A DNA stretch of 64,000 nucleotides from Utricularia gibba (taxonomy: Eukaryota > Plantae > Magnoliophyta). How positions within the stretch are numbered: the first letter of the stretch is position 1; each line of letters starts with the position of its first letter. Below the pieces are notes generated by a model. That model had not been told where the DNA came from. It saw only the letters and a program-made list of their open reading frames with translations, and made no database searches. The translations under genes and the position numbers were made by a program. Shown piece by piece: positions 1-12,399 of the stretch. The DNA lies in NCBI GenBank assembly GCA_002189035.1, contig NEEC01000018.1, forward strand, positions 310,001 to 374,000, read 5' to 3'.

Positions 1-313
1 CGAATTTAAAAAACCTTTGGATTTAGGACATGTGTTGGCCAAGGCTCATGCCCAATCTTAATGTTTTCAACTTATTTTATTTTGCAATTTATTTTGTTGT
101 AAGAGATAAAGTCCTTTGTTTTTTTTTTTCTTTTTTTCCTGGAAACTTGCATTTCCCAATTCACCCTTATTCTCTATTTATCACTCTCTTCCCCACCCAG
201 CTTGGGTTTGCATTGCACCCCCGTAGATCCGCATTCGGCATAACCAGAAAAAATAAGAAAAAAAAGATCATCCTTTGAATTTCACTGATCACATTTCGCT
301 GTCCGTTGCGTGT

Positions 314-1697
314 ATGGGTCGATCGCCGTGCTGCGAGAAAGTGGGTTTGAAGAAAGGGCCATGGACGCCTGAGGAAGACCAGAAGCTTCTTGCTTACATT
401 GAAGAACACGGCCATGGAAGCTGGCGAGCCTTGCCGGAAAAAGCTGGTGTGCACTCATTTACCTCTTCCGGTGCATTGAAGACATTTTTATGGATGCCTA
501 ACTGCTTCTTGGTGTAGGGCTCCAAAGATGCGGTAAAAGCTGCAGATTGAGATGGACGAACTACTTGAGACCTGATATTAAAAGGGGCAAATTCAGTTTA
601 CAGGAAGAACAGACCATCATTCAGCTTCACGCTCTTCTTGGGAACAGGTGAAAATTTGTAGTTTTATTTGGGTTAAATTGCCTTTCCTTGATTGACTGGG
701 GATACAACAAAATTGGAATAACGCAATGCAGTTACATTGAGTTTTTTTTTTTTTTTTGTTTCGTTTGCAGGTGGTCAGCCATAGCCACCCATCTTCCTAA
801 AAGAACAGACAATGAGATCAAGAACTACTGGAATACTCATCTCAAGAAGAGATTGACGAAAATGGGGATCGATCCTGTAACCCACAAGCCCATGAATGAT
901 GCGCTTTTGTCGAGCGATGGGCAAGCCAAAAATGCTGCAAATCTGAGTCACATGGCGCAGTGGGAGAGCGCCCGTCTCGAAGCTGAAGCCAGATTGGTTC
1001 GTCAATCCAAGCTCCGTTCCGCCGGATCCACTTCTTCCCAGGTTCCATTGTCAATTAATTATGTTCTCTGAAAAGAAAAAGGAAATTTTTTGGTGTTTAA
1101 TCGAAGAGAAATTTGTGGATTCAGACCCAGAATTCGGAAATGGTCTCGTCTTCAAGCCAATTGCAGAAGCCTGTTGAGCCAATGCCGTGTCTCGATGTGC
1201 TGAAGGTTTGGAGTAATGGGGTCTGGGCGAAAGCGGGTGCCGTCAATGGCGGCTCTACGGCAGTGGGTGAAGTGGAATCACCGACATCGACTCTGACCTC
1301 TGCCACGAGGGCAGGGGACGGCGGAGCGACGAAGGAAAAATCCGGGAACTGGAAACACTTGCCGGAGTTCAAATCCGGGGGGCCGAATCCAGTAGCGCTC
1401 CAGGCATTTCAGGAAGCTTCGCCGACATTCACGGCGGCGGCGGTCTGGCCGCCTGGATCTGTCAGATCGAGTCCGTCGGAGAACGGTGGTCCTTATCCCA
1501 ACTTCGTGGAGAAGTTCACCGACCTGCTACTTAGCACCTCCCCCGGAGAACGGTGCATCGGCGACGAATGCCTGGAGTCGGAGAATGTCAGCGGCAGTGG
1601 GGGCGGGGGCGGCCATTATTTTGAAGACAGTAAGAACTACTGGAATAGCATTCTGAATCTGGTGAATTCGTCGCCGTCCGACTCACCCATCTTCTGA
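314..1697 (+). CDS. MYB16/MYB106-like: R2R3-MYB transcription factor, subgroup 9 (MIXTA-like), ~368 aa, 4 exons
   Basis: Exons 314-446 (133 nt), 518-647 (130 nt), 771-1041 and 1125(or 1131)-1697, all with GT-AG junctions. Starts [27 protein letters not shown]3 reads [28 protein letters not shown]. Carries the SG9 motif [14 protein letters not shown] and the C-terminus [26 protein letters not shown] typical of MYB16/MYB106/MIXTA-like proteins. Confidence 0.95.
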
Positions 1698-2423
1698 AGG
1701 AGGAGAATCAAGACCAAGAATGCCCATGCTTTCATGTGATTATTATTGATGATTAGCTTTTCTAAGTTACGTCAAAATACACGAAATTTAGAAAACTCAA
1801 TCCTCAATTCTTCCATTCATGCACAATTATCATTCATCTCTCCATTATTTTTGGTGCTACAAAATTTGTAAGGAATTGTTTCTAGTAAATTCCTATTCAT
1901 TACTGTAATTTCCCTACTCTCAAGTTCTTGTTCCAAAACATACGAAATACATATTCTCTTAATAAAATAATGCACTACCAATTATGAAGTGTTTCTCCGT
2001 TACGCACTCTCTCATCTACCCTGACCTTTTCAAGCGTAGCTACACTTCCAAATAGATTCCAACTGTTATCTCCAAAAACGGCCCAGTGACGACACAAAAC
2101 TCGAAAAAAATAATAGAAAATCCGTGTCAGTTCTATTTCTGGCCGTTGCTTTGAATCCACTATTTCTTTTTTTATTTCAGACGTTGCATGTCCTATCTCT
2201 CAATATCCAGGGAGTGACATTTCTACTGCGCGAAATGAATTATAATGCGCACGCTGCTTCTGGGCGGATTTGCAGTGATGAGAGTATGCGGGCATGGGAG
2301 AGAAGATGAAAAACACACAAATATCTTTTGGTACAAGTGAAGTTATGGAGTGGGTTTCATGTGGTCCATGCGGTGGATTAATTTGGGGTGGTTTGTTTCT
2401 TTTCTTTGACCCATATAATTGAG

Positions 2424-2448
2424 GCTCAGCTCAGCTCAGCTCAGCTCA
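2424..2448. repeat. (GCTCA)5 pentanucleotide microsatellite
   Basis: gctcagctcagctcagctcagctca read directly. Confidence 0.9.
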
Positions 2449-4289
2449 ATGGGAACGACGTCGTTGGAAAGATTTGATGATGCAATAATTTAACAACCTG
2501 CTTTGGAACGTAATCAATCAATCATCAGCCCTTGTGTCCATCATCGCCTTGGACTTTGACTCGCCCCTCCTCAGCCTCCACCCACCAACTCGCCTCCTCG
2601 CAAAGGCCTTGTGCGGTGCCACGCTGAGAGAGAAGGACAACGAGGCGTTTTATTTGTATTAAAAAATTTGTGTCCATTACACCCTTAACAAAGAGGCGTT
2701 TCTAATGAATCATGAGTTGAAAATATACAAACCAACAATTGCTCCTTGAAGTTTACTAGTTTTTAGGTGAAAAATAAATGTTTATCAAGACTAAGTCTAC
2801 CTTTAGTTGAAAAGAAAATGAATGAAGAGATTTAGTTTTATTAAAGATTATGTGCAGGCCCAATCTAAAGGAATGTGTAATGACCTTTGAGAAATCAATG
2901 TTATGCACAGAGTAAAGATATAATTTATATAAATAGATTTTATTTAATCTTCAATGAAGTTCTTTTTTTTTTTTAAAGAGGAGAATATAAAATTATAAGA
3001 GTTAAATACTCGAAATAGAAAATATTGTGCAAGTAGAGAATAAATCATTATATTTGATATTAAAATCAAATTCAAATATACAATGATTAAATCCCAATGA
3101 TAACATTGAGTTTATTTGAAAGTAAAATTTTTTAATCATATTTTCTATTGAATTTATTTTATCCTTTATGTAACGTGTGTTTGTTTTTACACAGGTTTAC
3201 TAAACTATTATATCAAACAAATTAAATACGTATCCTTATCCATTCGAACTTGTCTTTAACCACGGCTTGGGAATACAGGGTACCGTACAGAAATGGGCCA
3301 GGAGGTCTCCAAAGGAACTCACAGACTTGATACTAAAGACCATCGAGCGGGCCCAACATGCTTATTATTATTATTTTCACTGTGTTTTATTATAATTATT
3401 GTACTCATTCATTGGACTGGAGTCATTTATGAGGCCAGGCTGCCTTGCATTTAAGAAGCACGTGACTTTTGCATTTGGCTGGTGAATTAATTTCATATTC
3501 CAGTGCTTCTTTGAGATATATGATATGATTGTTAAATAAAATGGGAAAATAATCAACATATATCATCTATTTTTTTATAATTTCATATGGATATAATTTT
3601 AAATTCTCCTTCGCATTTAATTACAATTTGAAGTTTTTGTCTATAATTGGATGTAAAATGGATTCTTCCCCGTGCTCAGAAGATCTCTATTTCCTCGAGC
3701 AATTTATACAAAAAGCAGGAAGAGGAAAACCTCAAATTAATCCTGACGTGAATTTGCAGTGAAGGAAAACAGGCGGTTTCTGCACAATGGAAATTTACAG
3801 AGTTTTCGAAAGAAAAACAACGTGAAAATGAGGTATGTTAGGGCAAACATTGGGGGAAAAAAGTGAGATTCCACATGACTTCCATTTTGGAATAAATCAG
3901 TCCAGTACACAACAGGTTTATAAAGAAAGCTGATTCCATTTTGCATCGCCACTCCTCTAATCCCTTGATCCCATGCACCACAATCTTCATCGAAATTAGG
4001 AATAGTTTGATAGTAGAGGAAAACCGGCTCCAAGAATGGCCTCCTCATATGGAAAACGAACTTGTCCTTATTCTAATATTCATATTAACGTGTGTTGGTA
4101 TAGAAGAAAGGCCTCTTCCAATCGATTCCTTTCATCATTACCCTTACACCTTCGTATTATTTATTTATCGAAATTCTCACAACTTCAACAAAGTCTCTCT
4201 TCATGAGATTCTATCAGGCTTTTACTCCTGAGATCATGTTTATATCTGCCATGCTTTTATCCTTCAATAAGCTTTGCTAGAACTTGATA

Positions 4290-4460
4290 AGGATTATCAA
4301 AGACATATAGGGACTTTGGAGAGGCAAATTGTACCTTTAGTTGTCACACTTAATGCATTTGATTGAATTTGAAGCCCTTGGTTTCATCAAATAAGCCAAT
4401 CATTGAGATTGCTTCAATGAGTTCCATGAATTCAACTTCTATGGTAGATAAACCAACTCT
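4290..4460 (-). mobile_element. Degenerate Ty1/copia RNase H remnant
   Basis: Minus-strand translation VGLSTIEVEFMELIEA ... KCDN* / GTICLSKVP resembles copia VALSTTEAEYMAL ... CDNQSAICLAKNP. Contains a stop and a frameshift. Confidence 0.55.
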
Positions 4461-4572
4461 TAGTTAGTGTTTGGTTGTATAAAATAGATGAATTCAAAGG
4501 GAAGATTATAAATTAGGGTCACGTTTGGTTTTGGAACATCAGGTTTTATTTTTTTATAATAATAGTTTATCT

Positions 4573-4813
4573 TGTTAAAAAATTGTTATATAGAACATCA
4601 AATTTTAAAAATTACTTAAATAGAATATCACGTTTTAAAAATTACTTTATTGGAACATCATATTTTAAAACTTACTCTATTGAAATATTACATTTTAAAA
4701 ATTACTTTATTGGAATATCACGTTTTAAAAATTACTCTACCAAAACATTAAGTTTTAAAAATTATCAAAACAATGCATCATGTTTAAAAAAATTGTAGAA
4801 ATAGTGCATCATG
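4573..4813. repeat. 30-bp tandem repeat, ~8 degenerate units
   Basis: Units start at 4573, 4603, 4633, 4663, 4693, 4723, 4753 and 4783. Consensus is about TTTTAAAAATTACTYTATTGGAAYATCAYR. This explains the periodic ORF 4583-4798. Confidence 0.9.
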
Positions 4814-5254
4814 TTAAGAGTTACAGTTTTGGTTTTTCATTTTAAAAAAATTCGTTTGATACCAAAAGAATACGAAATTTAATTTATTTAAAAGCTACAT
4901 GATAGAGCTATTTAGGAAAAATTATGCAACATGTTTCAAAATAAAATAGAATTTTATTCAATTTAAAAACATCATAAGAATTATTTTAATAAGAACTCCA
5001 AATAAGTAGCCCAATAGTGATCTTCACTAGTTTTGGGATATAGAGCAGCCATTGTGCCATTTACACTTCACAAGCTTTACTCAAGAGCAGCGATGAACTT
5101 AAGGTAACTTGATTTGAAGTCTCAAATAGAATTTTAAAGAAGATATGTTTTCTTAATCACCTGGAATGATAAGACCCAGATGTATAATGAGAGTCTCTAG
5201 TTCCACAACACTTCATATGTGCTTTTCAATTCCAGTGAGATCACCAAGGATTAC

Positions 5255-6557
5255 TGACGTATGGAAAATTCTAAAGATGTCGCAAATATTAAGGTTTTCA
5301 CCATCAAAAGTAATTTATAAACTAAACAAAAAAATCATTTATTTGCAAAGAAATTAATGTAGTAGCAGTAAGTCCAGGCAAGTCCATAAAAATTAAATGA
5401 TTTTCAGTGGTCGGTCCTATACATAAGCTATGGGAGGTTTTTGGAAATGAGTTTCTACTCTAACTTAAATTGATAAAAGAGTTATTTTGTTTCTAAACTA
5501 AAAGTAGATAACGAAGTACATAGATCAGATGATGAAAGCATTTAAACATGTTGAACATTGAAAACATAAAACGAAAATAGTGTGCATGTTGATGAAATAT
5601 AATTCAAGAATTAAAATTTGCGAGAAACGTAAAATATTTGTTTTATTCTCCAGTTCTGTGTTCTCCATGTCTTGTTCTAATACTGCATATTCCAAGGCTT
5701 CCTTGTCTTTTGTTCAAGTCTCAGCTGCACTATTGACGTTAGAGATTAGTCTCATTGTCGTGCTGGAACACCTCTTCCATCGTCTTTTCTTCCACTCCAA
5801 TTGCAAAATAAAAAAAAGACTCTCGGGAGACAAAAACTCTCTAAAACAAAAGAATCCTCCTCAAAACAAAAGATATCATTGGGTCAAAGAAGAATACGTT
5901 TTGTTTTGGAGACTTCTTTGGCTACGCGATACCTTCTGTTTTGGGGTAGATTCCTATGTTGCAGAGAGATTTTTCTCTCTCGAGAGCGTTTTTGTAATTG
6001 AAGTGGAAGAGAAGACAAAGGAAGAGGCGTTAAAGTATGATTGGTTGACCGTGGAACTAATCTTTGATGTCTAGAAGTGCAGGTGAGACTTGAACACAAG
6101 ACAAGGCGAACTTGCAATTTGAGAAGAAAAAGACAAGTAGAATAGGAGAATTGGAGAATTGAACAAATATTTTACTTTTCTCTCAAATCTTATTTCTTGT
6201 ATCATACTTCATGAATGTGCACACTATTTCTGTTTCGTGTTTTCAATGTTCAATGTGTTCAATTGCTTTTACCATTCAATTTTCATATTCTGTTATTTGC
6301 TTTTGATTTGGAAAGCAATAGAAGACTTTTATCGATTTAAGATAGAGTGCAAACCTACTTTCAGAAAACTCCGGTTAATTCAGCTTATGTATATGATCAA
6401 CAACTAAAAACCTTTTGCTCTATGTGGATTGACATAGACTTACTACTGCTACATTAATTTATTTGTAAATGAAATGTGGTTTGTTTGTTTAGTTTATCAA
6501 TTTTTTTTATGGAAAAATCTTTAGACTTACTACATTTGTTGAATTTTCCACCCATCA
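5255..6557. repeat. 1.3-kb imperfect palindrome made of two inverted Athila-type LTR 3' portions
   Basis: Left arm 5255-5892 aligns along its length with the reverse complement of 5913-6557, leaving a ~20-nt loop. Example: ctcttccatcgtcttttcttccactccaattgcaaaa vs ctcttcctttgtcttctcttccacttcaattacaaaa. Ends are TGA...TCA. Confidence 0.9.
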
Positions 6558-6592
6558 AACCCACATAATCCGCCCAACCAAATTTGTCCTAA

Positions 6593-7522
6593 GGCCGTGT
6601 TTGGTAATAAGGATAAGATGAGATAAGATGTGATATCCTAATATGCAAGATAATAATAACGTATTTGGTAAGTGGAAGTAAATTTTTCTGGGATACTTTT
6701 TTCCTTTTTATAAGTCATAAAAGTATCCCCATCAAAACCCCTCTTTAATTTTATACCTTAATGGATAACTTTTTGATTATGAAAAGTCTAAAATACCCAT
6801 AAATACATCTACATCTTGTTTCCAGACACACACTTCTCTGATATGGATATCTGGGAAGGGGTATTTGAGACAGTTTTCCAGACACCCACTTCCATCATGT
6901 GGGTGCCTCGGGAGGGTGTTTGTGAGACTACAACCAAATTTCAGGCACCCACCTTTGCTCATGTGGGTGCCTAGAACCAGATATATCCAAACGTTTCGGT
7001 ACGAACCACGGTTCCGGTTCGAACCGAACCCACCTCTACCTATGTGTATCCTGTATTAATACTATCTATGAAATAAGTAATTTGGTAGAAATCCAACACA
7101 CGGACATAAGTTATCCATAAACCATGCCTATGTGTATCTCACATTAATGGCACCTACGAAATAAATAATGTGGTAGGAGTCCAACACATTTGTGTATTGG
7201 ACTCTTACCAAATTACTTATTTCGTAGGTAACGTTAATATAAAATAATTCAATAAATGAATTTCAATACAGAAAATTGGAGAATGATTGAAGAGCCGAAG
7301 CCAAGAACCTTACCCAGATAAAAAAAATGTAGAAGGGTAAAAATGTTTTTGTTCAAAATCTGTAAAAAGTAATCCAATATATGTCTACAAAACAACTCAT
7401 GGGATATCTTATTGCAACCCATAAATTCCATACTACCAAACATAATGTGTACTTATAGGAGGGATAATTTTTATCTGGTATAAATTATACCAGTATTACT
7501 AAAACTATTACCAAACACGGCC
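6593..7522. mobile_element. PIF/Harbinger (Tourist-like) non-autonomous element, 930 bp
   Basis: Perfect 17-bp TIR GGCCGTGTTTGGTAATA (6593-6609 and 7506-7522) with a TAA target duplication (6590-6592 and 7523-7525). Confidence 0.92.
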
Positions 7523-8625
7523 TAAATGTATTTCCAAACTGGTCAAGTTTTAACAAGTTTTTGGCAGCTATTCGGTTAACCAAAAAAGCAATTTCTGGTT
7601 TTGTGTGCCACAATCTCTACGTACTCATTTCAGCTTTTCAAGGAAGTGTATTCAAGGTGTCGTATTCCTCATTACATTTTTGACTTAAAATTTCTTAATT
7701 CTAAAATTCAATTTTCTAAAATAAAAAAATTTAGGTTTTCAAACTAAAATATGTCAATGATAATGTTATAAATTCTTTTACTTTTATAAAAAAACTTGCA
7801 TAAAAATTATTTCATTCTTATGGTTGTCACATTTAATCGAGTTGATAACTCTTGCAATTTTTACTTGATAAGGATGTCATATTTTATTTTTGTATAAATA
7901 CTAAAATGCTTCCATGTGTGCCTTATTGTCAACATGAGTTTTTGTTTATTGCAATTTTAGTGTATTATCTGTTTTATATTACAATATTGTTTGGTTACTT
8001 GAGTTTGTATATATGCTAGGGTTAGGATTTATTTAAATTTTTTTGAAGAAATTTTTTTATATTATTTAGTTGAGTTTTTAATCTATGAACAACAATAATA
8101 TCAATGATACATTGGGATTTGTGGTACTATAAAAAAATAGCAGCAGAAATGATGTTAGATAGAAGTGTGCAAGAGTTTAGATGATTGATGGAAAAATGTG
8201 ATTTTTGTAATTTTCGCAACAATAAGTTTTGAAAGATGTGGAATTAATTGTGTGAAACATCATTACACTTGTATCAAAGGACAAGTTATAAAATGTTTAA
8301 GAACTAGAAAAAGCATTTTGAAAACCTTCTGAACTTGTGATTATGATATTATCTAATTTGGAAAATCCAAATTTCGAAGATGAAAGTAGAAGTCATTATT
8401 GTGAAGTTGGAAGTAGCAAGGAGAAAGAAGTGAAGAAAACATCAATGAGAAAGTTCACAAATTTGAAAGATATGGTAGCCAAAGTCAAGGTATTGATTGT
8501 TCATTTTTTTTTTATGATACAAGTATTCCTTTGATAGGTATAGTTCCAAGTATTTTATAAAAATGTTAATGGTGGTATCTAAGTTGCTTGATGTATTAGA
8601 AATTTTGATTAATAGAAATTTCAAA

Positions 8626-9672
8626 TGTTGTTCAAACCAAAATTCTATATCAAATAAATTTGTAAGTCCTAATCTTCATACAAATTGAATACAAAATGCA
8701 CAATAGAATTTTGGGATCTATCAAGGAGCTAGTGCTTGTTTTGTGTTTTCTCAAATGCAAGATTACAAAATAAATATCACACTTATTCTAAGCTCAAATT
8801 AATAGTTGTATGCAAGTTTAGTAACTAAGATCAAATCTAAACACATGCAATATCAAATACAAGTTCTAAGCACAAAATAACAGTAAGATGTCTCAAGGTG
8901 ATTCAGGTGATATAGTATTCAAATTTCTAATCTAATATACAATTTGTCTATATGCATATTATAAATAACCTAAATCTACTTAGGTTGTTTCTTATGCTTT
9001 CAACTAAATCAATCCCCAATATCATCATCAATATCGCTTAGGTCTACCCATGTGCAAAACATGTAAAACTAGATTTACCTGGCTCAACTGCTTTTACCCT
9101 AATCTAATACCTACTATATTTATTTTAATTCGTTGGTCTAACTCTAATTAAGCTTATGAGCTGCACTGCTATTCATTCCCCTCCTAAGGTCTATCCAAGA
9201 AATGTTAGAAATGAAAGCTAATGTTTGAGGTCTTTTTTCTTGAAAAATTGCCTTTTTCTTCCCTTTTGTTCGTGTTGAAAATCTTGGTGTGTGTTCTTCA
9301 CTGATGCTTCCCTTTTCGATTCTCTCCCTCCAAAAATATCTCCTCTCCTTTTTTTTTTCTCAAATGCAGTGTTCTTGACACCAATACTATTCTTGGACAA
9401 TACCTGCAGATGGTGGGTGGTAGAATAGTACTTTTCATCCTCCTTTGGATATTGTGACTACTTTGACTTTATCCACACATCTTTCAGTCCGATTTGCTAC
9501 TAATCCTTCTACTAGACTTAATTAAACATTAGTAACAAGATGGACTAAATCAAAGGCTTTTTTCTGCTTTTATACATAAATATGAAATTAACCTAAACAA
9601 CACACATAACCTAAATCACAACAAAACATGGCAATTTTGTATTATAAAATACTATGAAAATGTGTGTTATCA
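8626..9672 (-). mobile_element. Probable gypsy-type LTR fragment or solo LTR inserted in the hAT remnant
   Basis: Ends TGTTGTTCAAACCAAAATT ... GAAAATGTGTGTTATCA look like LTR termini, and hAT coding remnants resume on either side. No matching TSD (TCAAA vs TATTC). Confidence 0.45.
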
Positions 9673-10552
9673 TATTCCTTTATTTCAAACTATTAAGAAT
9701 GAGTTACTTCTTTAGATAGATATAATAAGAATTAATTGGGTTGAGACATGTTACAAGATAATGGCAGATGATTGGATTAATATTTCATCAACAACTTTAG
9801 TCAATTTTCTAATATATAGTCAAAATGTCATTGTTTTTTACATATTTTTGGATTTTTCTTCCAAAGTTAAACATGCAATACATTGTCGTTATTATTTGTG
9901 GAAGTAGTCGAGTGGATTAGAGATAAAAATGTTGTTTAGGATATCATGAATAATGCAAATAATTATTATAAAATCGGAAGATTACTTGAGGAATACTATG
10001 GTATATGTTTTTGGCCATCTTGTGATATGTGTTGTGACAATCTAATGTTCATGATATTGGAATGCTACCTACTATTAAGCTTATTATGAAAAGAGCAATG
10101 GTTTTCTTTCTAGATTTAGATATAATCATGGTCGTCGGATTGTATGATTGAGGTCAAGGAAAAGTTGGAGAGAAATCTTCACATCTTTGGGGATTAGATT
10201 TGGATCAAATTTTCTTGCACTCTTTAGTTTTATGACTCATCAAGATGGCCTACAAGCACTTGCATTGAATACGGAATTTTCAAACTTAGTATTGGGAAAA
10301 GACAAAAAAGGTAAAGATTTTAAAGATATTGTAAGAGATTTTAGCTTTTCAAATGATTGTGAAGTGTTCATCCTTAAACCATTATGAAAGATTATATGGT
10401 CTATTTATGAAAATTATTGAGAAGTGTTGGGAAAGTTAGTTTAGTAAAAAAATTCATGCAACGACTTATTTCTTAAATCCGTACCTTCAATACCTTCCAA
10501 AGCATACAAGTGAATTGGAAAAATTTCTTTATCATGCCATTGATGTATTTGA

Positions 10553-12005
10553 TGTTGGGTTTCTCGTAAACATCACATGTCACAAAAGCAGCAGAATTTA
10601 AAAATTTTTGAGAAACCCTCAACGCAAATCTTGGAATACGGTATACATCATATAAGGGGATGCTGAAAATATCTTTCAGTGCACTCTGTTGTTCACCAAC
10701 CGCCAATAGTAGATGGCCTTTATGGTATCCACACGTGGAGCACTCCGTCAATAACCTTCTCAAAACTGTAGAATGCTGGTCGATCTCCTCAGGTGCTAGT
10801 AGAGAAATTCGCCCCCTTATGGATCAGTTTCAAAAAGCACGAAGATGATGGAAGATCTGTAGATCTAAATCTTTTGATAGATATTTGGTAACATATCAAA
10901 TAATATCTCCATAAAGATCTTATCTTGTGGAGATATGCATATGTTCAAAATCTTATCTATATGAGATCTTTTATTTTGAGTTTAATCAATATTTATCTCA
11001 GAATAACTCTCTATTTAATTTATCCACTTTACCAATTACATCTCATGTAATTGTGTCATAGGCTTCTTCAATCAAGGCCATAATAATGGATTTATTAATT
11101 AACTTTTAATTAATCAAATCCATCATTATCGATCATGAGTGATGTCTAGCAACATATCATGATCCCCAAGATATAAGAATAATCAGATGAACTGATTGAG
11201 CCTTTCCATGACCAGCCACCATGCAATGAACAACTTTCATCATACTTATATCTCATTCGATACCAGAACATGGGTATGTGTCTTTCTGTTATATCAAACT
11301 TATAATTACTTTCAAACACTAACACTCAATGATCTATTCAAACAATTCGAGTGTTATTACCCTAGGCCCAGGACTTACTGTTAGGCTTTGATGCATTTAC
11401 TTGAGATATGATCTCATCACTAACATGAGTGATGAATCCTTTATTGATCAATCAACTATCTCCAATCTTAAGGAGTCACATCACTACTCATCCAAATTAG
11501 GCAAGCCATGGTTAGGCTCTCATTAGTAATGAGCAAAAATGTGGGCTTAAGATCAAGATAACTTTGTTGACCTCAAGCCTAAGCTTATTTGCACGGTTGT
11601 CATATTCGAGATCTTGCTACTGACACTTGGTTAGCTTCCCATAATAGCATCTCGAAGATGAGTCATCCAGTGAATCGATTCTCTAATCGACACTCATACA
11701 TAGGTTCTAGTAATCTCATTACATCAATTGTGAGAACCATTGCCTAAACAATTTAAGGAACTCAATGTGTGCCAGCTTATCCGTATTTGTGATATCCTCA
11801 TTTCACAAATATGCTAGCCATGGAGTTTTTAACTTGAGCATAAGTGCTTGAAGAATCTCACATTATGATCTCATCATAATTTCTATAGCACATAGATCAA
11901 GTAAAGGATTTTATCAATGATATAAATTTGATCACAATTCAAAGTAAATATCAAAAGATAAGATTTGCCAATGAGTTGATTATCTCTAAAACACATGCAC
12001 CAACA
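10553..12005 (-). mobile_element. Solo LTR (1453 bp) of a Ty1/copia (Angela-like) family
   Basis: TG...CA ends and a perfect 5-bp TSD TTTGA (10548-10552 and 12006-12010). Colinear and highly similar to the PBS-adjacent LTR at 45163-46675. Confidence 0.95.
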
Positions 12006-12399
12006 TTTGAATGGTTTGAAAGAAACAATATTGATGAATATGTAAAGGTGTGGACGAGTCCTCCTCATAAGAGTTCGAGTTGAGTCAAATGAGTCAAAGA
12101 CGAGTCTGTTGATTTGCCCAATCCAACCCATCATGAGTTGATCCTTGACTCAATCTATGTACGTGTTAATAAGTAATAGAAGTAGAATCAATTAATTAGA
12201 GAAAAACACTTGATGAAACAAAAGAAAAATTATCTAGAATACATACTTAATCAACAATTTCTATCTTTTCACTTCATTCTTTATCATCTTCGTCACCTGT
12301 TATCAAGTTTTGTAACTTCTATTCAATTTGCAACCATTACATTAAGTATACACAAGCCTCCAAAATTGTTGGTGCCACACACAATCTTTTCATGGTAAG

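Noticed and set aside
793-815. Possible miR858/miR828-type target site in the MYB R3 coding region (GAACAGACAATGAG)
   Set aside because: Only the miRNA 5' half pairs. About six mismatches against the 3' part of miR858 make it a poor site.
4583-4798. ORF with a periodic FKNY peptide
   Set aside because: A by-product of the 30-bp AT-rich tandem repeat, with a TTG start and no protein homology.
5580-6117. ORFs of 164, 77 and 66 aa on both strands
   Set aside because: They lie within the LTR-derived palindrome and have low-complexity, non-protein-like composition.
11193-11204. TGATTGAGCC resembling miR171 (also at ~45850)
   Set aside because: The match stops after 10 nt, lies inside copia LTRs, and has no precursor hairpin.
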